A DNA stretch of 64,000 bases from Hydrolagus colliei (taxonomy: Eukaryota): positions 77,934,001-77,998,000 of the forward strand of contig CM068742.1 of NCBI GenBank assembly GCA_035084275.1, written 5' to 3'. A program made the position numbers and the translations under genes. Positions within the stretch are counted from its first letter, which is position 1; every line of letters begins with the position of its first letter. Below the pieces are notes generated by a model, which was not told the origin of the DNA, made no database searches, and worked only from the letters and a program-made list of their open reading frames with translations. Positions 53,911-64,000 of this stretch are shown piece after piece.

Positions 53911-55321
53911 GCAACATGGAAAAACAGAAGATGCATATCAAGCCAGTTTCCCCAGTTTATTAGATCTCAGCAGATTTTTGTTTAATCCGATGCTCTGTCC
54001 TTTTGCCACACACTTTAATACCTCTGAGCTCTACCTTATAATTCTATATGAAAAATTTAACTTATCCACTTCAAATGGAAAGATACTTATCCCTTACGTA
54101 TTCTGCACACTAATTTTTTTTCAAAAAAAATTGTTTAGGGTTTTGTTATTATCCATCTCCCTAATTTAGATGTTTCTGGACACCCCAGGATACAAGGGTG
54201 GCAGATGTTCTCCCAACACACCATAGTAGACCCAGCAACGGGGAGGTGTACAAGAGCAGTTACGGATGATTCCCTCTAGGTATTATATTCCTGAGGAGGA
54301 AACATCTTGCCTCCACTTGCATTTTTATTTAGCAGATTCTGTCCTACTCATGAACATCACTCAGACCGCTCGGTGGTCAAAATCCCTGATGATCCAGCAC
54401 CCTGGGATGTCCTCCCGATGTGAAATGCACCATACCAATGTCATTTTCTGTTGAATTTAGCAAATACTTTTGCTTCACAAAGACCCTCAGTAATCAAAGG
54501 CCTTCTCCACAGATGACAGAGGATGAACAACAACAACAGAATTACATTTGTATAAAGCCTTTCACGTCAGGAGGACGCTGGTCCCAAGGCACTGGACAGT
54601 TACTGCTTCAGTGAACATATGAAGTAAAAATTTTGCTCTATCATTAGGTAAAGAGTGAAATTTAAGGGATCCTTGTAGAATGTATCCACCGGCGTAGATT
54701 TCAACACAATGGATCGATCAAGGGGCATTTTTTGCTTCTTTTTAATGTTGTCTCTGTTGGGTACTTTCGGCAGAGATTGTGCTAAAACTAAAATGGGATG
54801 GACCTAACTGATCTGGTCACTCAATGGCAGCTAGCGAACATGCTCCATAATTATCCTTCTATTTTCTGCCTATTTCGTCTTCATCAAAACATCTTTCTTC
54901 AAACTCTAAGGAGAAGCTCTTGGCAAAGGATTTCAGTGAAAGGAATGAAAGTATTCCAGAAATAAATATACAGAACACTTTAATGTCATGGCATCAAATT
55001 CACAACTTGAATCCTTTGCAATAAATGCACCCCTATAGTTATCTTCTTCCTTTAAGTAGTTCACTTTGAAAGCACTTAATCCTATAAATACCTTATCCTT
55101 TCCATCCTGTGGATTAAAAGCATTTTAACCCAGAAATTCCCTTGGTGGGTTAAACAAGTGACCAAGTCCTGTTGCAGAGTGGAAAGATTCCAGTTTTGAT
55201 CCCAGTTTCTGTGGAGAAGCTTATTTCAGACATAAACATATGTGTTAGGTGATGATGGTGGTAATAGAGGGGAAGAAATTGATTGAAGAACAATTGACTA
55301 AAACCTCTGTACTACACAAAG
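53721..55321. repeat. Inverted repeat pair, arms 53721-53856 and 55191-55321
   Basis: Arms are reverse complements differing by 3 substitutions and one 5-nt indel. Confidence 0.95.
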
Positions 55322-56134
55322 GCAACTCTACCAAGAATGACCCCAACCCCACAATCATTGTTCAATTGGGAGATCCATACGCCTGGATACCAATGAGAAG
55401 GACATTATTGGGTTCAGAAGCAATTTGCTTCTCTTCTAGCATGGCTGAATACCCTATCAATGTTCACTACTGAATGTAACACAAAGTAGAGGAGAAAATA
55501 ACTTAGAAGCGTAGGAGATGAGGATAACATTGGCAGAGAAAATTATGAGGGAATTGATTTATCCCTTCAGCTGCCTTCTCAGAGAAGTACTTTGTTGAAG
55601 TACTGTACTTGACAATGGTTCCATTTTCACCTACAATCTTGACAATGAAAGTATTAAACCCAAGATTTACTTTCTGTCTCAACAGAAATTGATGCAAAAC
55701 AAATGAATGTGGGTGGAGATAATCTGTGTATTCAATAGTCGTGCTCCAACATATCCTGAAGTTGTAAAATGTCTATTTCAATAATGTTTAGTGCCCAAAA
55801 CTGATCATTTTACATCAGTGTGTCAACTCACAGTGGAGGAAGCTCAAACCCAACATTTGTACCATGCCATACCTTTGAAATAGGTTTCATAAAAGAAAAT
55901 GCGCAGGACCATTTTCAAATGATTTTGCTTCATTAAAGATGCTTTCAGGCTGTATATAAATGTTTGATTTTTATTGAAATTTGTTTCAATTATTCCAGGT
56001 CTTTCAGGACTAAAATTTTGCATTTCTCTCGTCAACAACTGCATTCCAACCACAAAACGCATGTAAACAGAACTTTTTAAGAAAGAACATCAAGCTACGA
56101 CCACACTGCTTGTTTGATAATCACTGCTTTAGCC

Positions 56135-56207
56135 GCCACTAGATGTCTTTAGCATGTGTTGAAAATATTGCACAGCACTGTCTGTTTCAGTACTGACATC
56201 TAGTGGC
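56135..56207. promoter_or_regulatory. Perfect 13-bp inverted repeat; convergent CTCF-like motifs
   Basis: GCCACTAGATGTC at 56135-56147 (+) and 56195-56207 (-), 47-nt spacer; resembles the CTCF core CCACTAGATGGC. Confidence 0.5.
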
Positions 56208-56689
56208 AGAAATAGGTTCCACACCAACATTTCTGCAGTTTTATTATTACAGAAAAAGAAAGAGAAATTTGTTAAGATCAAACCCTTTCATTTAAAGGCA
56301 TTACTAACTCGCCCCTAAATTGCAGTTTAAACATACTGTATTTTACAATGAAACTGCCATTTGCTTCAATCTGTCCATAGACTGTTATGTGAGCAAACTA
56401 AATGATTGTAATTGTGCCTTTAGTAATTTTGCAGGCCTGTTTCTAATAATAACAATTATACCCACAAAATAGAGTCACTGCATTTTACAGTGCATTGTGA
56501 CAAGCACTTTATGACATCCTCGTGATGTGTAAGGCAATATCAAATGCAAGGACAATTATTATTATTACTTGTTTAGTAATCCTGCATTTCATATAGTGGT
56601 TTTCACATCAGGAGTTTATCTCAATGCATTTCACATGATTTACTGTAAAGTGTAATGAGCCAGATAATCCAAACTCCCCCACCCGTATA

Positions 56690-57320
56690 ATCACCTGCAC
56701 TAAAATCTGTACCCCCAACACAATAGTTCTAGCCAAGCTCCACTAACTTTGTATCATTGAACGGGTCGATTTCAAGATCATGCTTGTTTTCAAATCCCTT
56801 CATGCCCTGGCACCGAGTTGCCTATCCCCAACCCAAAACCCGCAGCCTCTGCTGAACTGGCTCGAGCCTTCTGCACATTCCTCGTGCCCTCCGATCCATT
56901 ATTGGTAGCAGCACATTCAGACATTAACCCCAGAAACTCTGGAACTGTATCCCTCTGCCTTGTCCCTTCCTTCCCATCCTCAGTCAGGTCAACCATGCTT
57001 ATGGTCACCATCCCCTCACCCTAGCTGGTTGTTGTTCTCCACTACTGTCAAGTGCTCTGGAGATGCTACCCTGCATGAGGGGCATTATATAAATGTAAGG
57101 TGTTGTTGGTGTCCTTCTGGAACTCTATCCTGCAGTCCCTCCACCTCGCTCAATTCAAGACTCATCTCAAGACCCTCCTCTTCGATCGTGCTTTGATCAT
57201 TGCCCCCTGCCCTCCCCAAACCCAACCCCCAGCTTGGATCTGAAATACTGACTGTCCAGCGCCTTGGGACAAAATGCTGATGTGAAAGGCACTTTACAAA
57301 TGTAATTTTGTTGTTGCTAT
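56690..57320 (+). mobile_element. Two tandem L2 3' fragments
   Basis: Tails ending near 57108 and 57317. Confidence 0.75.
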
Positions 57321-57329
57321 TATCTATTT

Positions 57330-57668
57330 TGTAGCTGAACATGGCAGCCAATTTGCACACAACCATATCCCACAAACAGCTATGAAGCGATTAGATCACT
57401 TTTAATTGGTGGGATTCCCATCCTGGACACAGACAGAAACTCCCTTCTCTTTATTAATAATGCTGTGGAATGTCTAATACCCACCAAAACAGATAGGCGT
57501 GATCTCAGTTTAAGCATCGCATCGGAAAGATGGAACCTCCAACAAAGTTGTGTTCTACCAGCAGTGCACTGTCGTGCCAGCCTAGACAGTGAGCTCGAAG
57601 TCCCAACGTGGGGCTTGAACTCACAACCTTCTGACTCATAGGCGAGAGTGCTATCAACTGAGCTGAGC
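57330..57668 (-). mobile_element. Old tRNA-headed Deu-domain-type SINE
   Basis: ggggcttgaactcacaaccttctgactc...gtgctatcaactgagc head; gtttaagcatcgcatcggaaagatgg core. Confidence 0.8.
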
Positions 57669-59565
57669 TAATTAAATTCCTGCAACAAACAAGGCACAAC
57701 CCACTTAATCAACAGTCACAGTCGTCACCATTTTGAATGTACAATTCAGAAAATTAACGGTTGCTGCGAACTAAACCTTTAGCAACACATTATTGTTCTC
57801 AGTTTCACAATAGAATATATATATTTTTCCAGAGCATATAAATACTGATGGCACAAAGATGTCATTCCATCTTGGAAAACATCATCAATCAGTTTGATTG
57901 ATAAACATACTGAAAAATCTTGCAACAATGCTCCCTTAAAGTTTCATTGTACAGATTTGCTGGCAATTATTAAAATGGGAGTCACTGACAATGCCATTTT
58001 TTGGTACATCACTCGTATAGGACAGTCTCTTTTTTGGCAAATAAGAATTGATCTTAATTGATCTGTTAAATTGTAAGTACCCTTTCAACTTAGTTGGACG
58101 ATCCTGTCCTTTAAAGATATCAAGGACAGTTGTGAGGCGTCCCAGTAGCAGTTCAAGCAGCGTCATGCTTGACTTTCAACCAGGAATTTACATGTTCGAG
58201 TCCCAGGGCTGCCTGTCACTCGAAATCAGTTGCCTTAGTTTGTTGAGCTTCATCAGTTCTCAGCCAGGCCCCCTAGAGGACATGTTATTTGGAAGCGAGG
58301 GATTCCATTCTCGGGCGGGGGTTGGGGGTGGTGGGTTGGTCATGGGGGACAGGGGCGAGAAAGAGAGAACTGACAATGTCCAACGCACCCTGCTCAATTC
58401 GCACCTCCTGCCAGCCGCTCACAGAGCTGCATTGACTGCAGTCGTGGAGACGTCTGCTTCCTGGACTGTCCTCCTCCTCCCCTGCTGGAGGAGGATGCAT
58501 CTGGGTGAACGGCCTGCAAAGGGGAGAAAGACAGAAGAAAATGGAAAGAACGATTTCAGTAACCGGGGGCACCTTATTACTGGGAGCACTTTGTACGTTA
58601 ACGTCATAGTGGAATTTTGCAGTAATATCCTACAAAGTCAACCCTAATAAAAGAAAGTAAAACAATAACTCCAAAGAAAATGTCACGTCAATCTGAAAGA
58701 GCAAGCCTCAATTCCACAGTGAAAGAAATTTCAATTCATTTGAATAGGTATTCCGGTTCCTCCATCGTTTTCTGATGATTTTTCAAATAGTTTTGTTCAA
58801 AGAGCAACTGCTAATAATATCATCAGAGGGACTTTATGTGAAAGAACCACTGAGTTTGACTGTGCGAGGAAACTGCAATAAAAATCAGCACAGAACAAAC
58901 AGTTCTAATGAATCAAAGCAGGATAGCTCTCACGTTCTTCGCATGAAGGTGATTGTGTTACAATTTAAGATTATGCAGAATTTTGGAAAATTCTTCAGTT
59001 CAGTCCTGATTTTGAAGCTGGTTTTGTTCCATTCAAAATTTTGTTTTAACCTATGAATCTTCCAAAGTTATGTACAATTTAAAATGTTCAGGTAATATCC
59101 GTACGGCTATGATCACTAGGCATTTCAGACTTTTGCTGTGAATACATCACCAGAAAAGATGAAGCCAGGGAATAATTCAGCTCCAGGAGAAATGCAAACC
59201 TAAAAAATTGCTGGGCCATTGTGTTATGCAAACAGCAGGATTCTATCGCCTTCACCTCAGACAGTTTTGGCTTGGGATAAACTGCCCCTTTGCGAAATGC
59301 TTTAACATACTTGTAGTGGCACAAAGTGTGGCCAATTTGCCCTACGCACTGCTGATTTCCCTTTCTTAGCAATCAATGGCTGGGAAACAATGCTCAGCGT
59401 GCATGACCTGGAATGATGTTCTGATTCTCAAGCAAAAGTAGGTGTGGATACTGTGAAGCCTTTTTTTTGCTTAAGAATTAAAACACTATTTGGTCTATTT
59501 CAACTATTGGTGACAAGTAACCAACTCCCAACTTTGACTTGTGCCAAGGCAACGTAGGCATATTA

Positions 59566-59880
59566 GCCATTTGGGTTCAGTTGGTAATAATCCAGGTTTT
59601 ATGATTATGGGTTCAAGTCACACATTAGGATTCTTGAACACATGGTCCAGGCTGACTGTGTGGTACGGGAGGAGCACTGATTTAAAGGACGTGACATCCT
59701 TCAGCTAAGATGTTAAAATAGACAGCCTGTCTGCCTATTCAGACATCAAAGATTAAATGAGACTCTTCAAAAAGAGAAGGAAGATTCTCATGTTTTCTGT
59801 CTAATTATCCACCAGATAAAATTGGTCATTCACTTGACATGGCTGTTTGTAGGACTTTGAGCTGCCATATTTCCCTATTA
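59566..59880 (+). mobile_element. Old Deu-domain-type SINE
   Basis: ttcagttggta, gggttcaagtc, taagatgttaaa, gctgtttgtaggac. Confidence 0.6.
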
Positions 59881-61312
59881 AGAAACCACCATATATGGCA
59901 GTAGCTACTGTCAGACACTTGGAGCTATTTCAACAGTAGATATACTATAAAAATGTGCATTATTGCAATGCAAACACAATAAAAAGTGACTCCTCCAAAC
60001 CAGCTCTTTCCTCATTCCATCATTGGCACTTGAATGGACAGACATTCGAAAAGAAGAAACAAAATAATTAGAAGCAAACAGAGAGGGCATTGTAAAGGAG
60101 TCAGTGATGGCAACATTCCAAATTGAATGGAATATTAAATTTTCAGAGATGAAATTTTCTAATAGATTCATCTATTAGAAGTCAAACGTGATCACAGCTC
60201 AGGTGATCATAAAATTGATCAATTTTATCTGTTAAAGTCGGAGTTCATACAACTATAGGAAATGAACAGATGTACATAATATAATTTCATACCAGCTGAA
60301 ATGGCTGAATCGCTAACCCACCAGTTCTCATGCTACTAAAGCGCCTGAAGCCATGTAATTAAACCTAGCTCTCTATTTACAACCTGCATCTTCTCTCCTC
60401 TGGGACTCCTATTGAGGCGATTTATCAAGCACGATAAAAGAAGAGTCTGTCCCTACAGCAGCAGGTATAATATTAATTCCTCTTGCGGCTTGTTTCAGAT
60501 ACCGTCGTTGTGTCGCCAAAGAGAGGAGGAAAAAAAAGTCAAAAGGGCAAAGACACAAAAAGTTAAGTTATCATAGAAACAAATCCCTGAAAACTGAGCT
60601 CCTGCACCATATGGTTGCCGAGCTCGACGTTAAAAATGAGATGGCAGCAGGCGATTCTGAGCAGAACTGAAGAGTTTTGTTACCAGACTGTGCCCTTTCA
60701 ATGATATGTTTTACACTTTTTGCGTAACTTATGAGTTGTTTATAGACAGAAGGGGTGAGGGTCAGATGGAGGCAACAGAAGGGAAACTGAAAATTGGCTG
60801 AGCAAACGGCAGGACTACAAGTTGGAAAATTATACTGTAAACACTTGGTAAATACCATATTCACCACCATAGAAACACAGGTTATTCTTCTTAAAGCACT
60901 TGTGTTTAGAGAAGATCATTCGAGCAAGGAACTAGCCTGTAAGAATCTCCACAGATAAGTTTGTCATTTTTATACTTCTTTACAGTGAATTCCTGATAAT
61001 TCATCCCTCCAAGGGAAAAGGGCTTAATGGCGTGAGATCCACAGTTGTGATTTAGACATATGTATAAGTACATATCAATGCAGCCGGGATATTGATAGTG
61101 TAATGACTTAAGTATAGTGAGAAGTTAAGACAGCGTCAAGTTTTAAGGAGTTTATTGTATTGGGAAGTCGGGAGGACGTCCCAAAGTGCAGGGACGTTCT
61201 CCCGACATGAAAGGAACTAAACAAATGTCATTTTGTTGTTATTTACTTTATATGCAGTTAACAAGTGCCCAACACTTCTCATGGTTTTAGCCTTAACATA
61301 AGATCACAACTC

Positions 61313-61720
61313 TAATAATAATCCTTGCATTTGTTATAACGCCTGATCGTATCATTGGAATGACCCATGGTGTGTTGGGAAAAACCCGTGAATACAGATG
61401 TTTGTAACCACTTGTACTCAAATAAATTTAAAGGTGTTTCCCAGAATAAACTATAAAATGCAGTGACTGTGTCTTTATAGGCAATCATAGCAGCTAATTT
61501 GTGAACATCAGCACCCCATACACAGCTACAAGGTGAATAAACTTTTTTTTAAAAAACGAGAGGATTGTTGCATATCACACACGTAGAAACTCCATTCTCC
61601 TCTAAAAAATGGAAACAGTGCAGCACACACCCAGCATTTCCTAGAATGTGGGCTCAAAGTCCAGAGAATGTACAACCAAGTCCACAATCTTCTGACTCAG
61701 AAGTGAGAAAGCTACCAGGC
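61313..61720 (-). mobile_element. Old SINE, decayed and interrupted
   Basis: Tail at 61313, cttctgactcag head remnant near 61690. Confidence 0.55.
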
Positions 61721-62075
61721 TAATAGCTCATGCTTAACAACTGAAAAGTCTCAAACTTAATGTGGAAGTTGCTTTTGAGTCATCTTTCAATTTAAAATGA
61801 TCAAAAATTCAAGGAATTCATGCCTCGAAAAATTGACAAGTTCAGAGTACTGTATTTGGTTTTATGGGCAGGTAAAATTCCAGATGGTATAGGCTACTTT
61901 CTGTCGCTGAATAGCAACTCAGTGGAGGTAGATGAATGTTAATTCCTATGCAATATCTTGCAAGCAAAAGGGGTAAGCTATTTTCATCTGATATTGGCCA
62001 TGCAATTCAAAACAGCAATTTATTCTCACAAAGTCCCAAATTCTGGATATTCTGGATATTCAAAATAATATCTCA

Positions 62076-62328
62076 ATAATAATCCTTGCATTTGATATAT
62101 CACGTGTTTTTGAGATGTCTGAAAACGCTTCACAGAATACACTGTAAAGTGAATTAACTGGATATTTCATTGGGAAAGCTAGCAGCCAATTGTGCACAGC
62201 AGTATCCTATAAACAGCCATGGATGTTTCTTTAAAATAAAAGCATTATTACCAATGTTCTGCCCTGCCAGGAATCAAACTCAAGTCCTCTCGTTTGCAAG
62301 GACTGTAATCGCTAAACTACAGGAATCC
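62076..62328 (-). mobile_element. SINE (short subfamily)
   Basis: Tail, core, decayed head. Confidence 0.8.
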
Positions 62329-62454
62329 ACAAAATCAAAGTTTGGAGAAAAATCCCCACGACTACCTCAACACTTTCTGTATTCCAATAAACACAGTTTG
62401 CATAATCGAGATGCTAACAGTGGCTTTAACTCATTTAATAAGCATATCGAAGGT

Positions 62455-62697
62455 CAGGAAGCATATCTTCACATAGCAGGTTATGAGGGCGTGGAATGCA
62501 CCAGAAAGATGTAGAGGCAGAATCAGTAGGAATGTTTGAAAGTAATAGATAGCTGAGTAGTAAAGGTACTCAGAGGGACAGCAAAAGGTGGGCATTCGGA
62601 TTCAAAAATTTACTAAGATCTAATGTACTGGTGGAACAATCTAGACCGGCTGAATCGAGACTGTTCTCCTCCTGCTCCTGTTTTCTTATGTTCCTAC
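62455..62697 (+). mobile_element. Old CR1 3' end with TTCTTATG-type tail
   Basis: tggaatgcac...gtagaggcaga, ggctgaat, ctcctgttttcttatgttcc. Confidence 0.55.
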
Positions 62698-63549
62698 CTC
62701 ATTTCCTGATAGATTAATAGCAATGCTTTTAGGCCAATTTAAAACAAATTTTAATATTAAGCACATTGAAAACAGTTTGTTTTCCCTTTTAGTTTTCCAT
62801 TTATTACCAAAAACGTATACATTTCTTACTCTGTTAGGATGCAATCAGCGTATCAATGACAGCAAATTCAAAAGAGAAATTTAGGATGGCATCATTAAGT
62901 CAACAAGATGGATTGACCGATTAGAACATTTATTTAGTTACAAGGAATAGACCAGTGGGATATTATTAATTTAGCATTAATGAATGAGACTGTGACACGT
63001 TTTTTTCTCAGCAAGCAGACTGCACTCACTGTAAACAAGCACTAGAGCAGCATGTTTCACTTGAAGCATATTTATTCACTCACCCAACCATATGCACACA
63101 AAAATACAGCATGAACTGGAAAAACAAAACACTAGGAGGGGTTGGGGAATCCCACAATACAAAAGGTTGAAGACAGATAGAATTAAAGGAAACCTTTAGG
63201 GGAAAGATACAAACAAAGGTAATGCTTCCTCGCTACTGAGATTATTATATAAAAATTGGTTTCAGTCTTCTTAAGTTTCCTGACTATTGGAACAAGCAAA
63301 GACCTGTTTGTATTTAAAGGCTATAATTTCAAGCAAGCAGGGAACATGGGAGGCTCCTCTCGAGAAGAATAAACAGGCTTACAAATCCACAGCTCAGAAA
63401 TTAAAAAGCACAGGTTTATTTAAACGTATATTTGTATGCCAATATAAGAATTTATTTATGACTTTCTTTCGAAATAATTAAGACATTTTAATGCCTTTGT
63501 TCCACGTGACGTTATCATTCAGCAATTTGCCTACAAGCACACTATTTAC

Positions 63550-63890
63550 AATAACTTGCACTTCTATAGTGCCCCCCACGCAGGTAGCGTCTCAGAGCAT
63601 TTAACATTGACGGAGCCTGACTCCGAGCTGGGTAAGGTGGGTGTAAGCACTGGCGAAGAGGAAGGTTTTCAGATGAGGCTAGAAAAAGGAGAGAGAGTGG
63701 ACAAGGCGGAGGAAGTGAGGCAGTGTTCCAGAGTTGCAAGGCGTAGAGGCTGAAAGTGAGACCTCCGATGGTGCAGTGGACAGTGAGAGGGATAAGCAGG
63801 CGGCCAGTGCCATTCGAGTAGAGGAGCCAGGTGGTGGATTGTGGAGTGAGGAGGTAGAAGAAGTAGGGGGGTGCAGAGATTGAAGAGTCA
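63550..63890 (-). mobile_element. L2 3' fragment
   Basis: Tail tatagtgccccccacgcagg...gtctcagagc and 3' ORF2 region. Confidence 0.7.
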
Positions 63891-64000
63891 CTACACTTCA
63901 GAGCAAATATGAAATGTATTCAAGGCATTTCAATGATATAATAAGGCACTATAACAAATGCAACGACTATTATCCATTTAATGCATAAAATAAGAGCAAA

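Noticed and set aside
53721-55321. The inverted arms as TIRs of a 1.6-kb DNA transposon
   Set aside because: No TSD or transposase remnant, and the interrupted CR1 resumes inside the left arm rather than outside the right arm.
58048-58647. 199-aa plus-strand ORF antisense to PCDH10
   Set aside because: Non-ATG start, no recognisable domain, and explained by local GC richness.
49472-64000. Searched by eye for the PCDH10 CM1 exon (DSGHGDS motif) and cadherin exon
   Set aside because: Not found; the QEADVS in ORF 58419..58607 lacks the DSG motif. These exons probably lie beyond the window, though a short exon could have been missed.

Overview
Vertebrate genomic DNA, not prokaryotic. The LINE/SINE repertoire suggests a cartilaginous fish (inference). 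The only host gene recognisable is the 3' part of a delta-2 protocadherin on the minus strand, best read as PCDH10. A 300-nt penultimate exon (49172-49471) encodes the CM2 and WIRS motifs. It is followed by an 18.9-kb intron, a last exon with only 20 coding nt (30235-30254, ...TRKRIC*) and a ~1.7-kb 3' UTR. The upstream exons (cadherin repeats, TM, CM1) were not found and presumably lie beyond 64000. The rest is intronic or intergenic DNA full of 5'-truncated L2 and CR1 LINEs and tRNA-headed Deu-domain-type SINEs, several of them nested. I found no convincing new multi-gene system. The best leads are a candidate alternative PCDH10 exon in a GC-rich island, a convergent CTCF-like inverted pair, a local inverted templated duplication, a covarying stem-loop shared by L2 and SINE tails, and an unclassified three-copy repeat. 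Repeat boundaries are by eye and approximate, and family names come from motif recognition rather than a database search.
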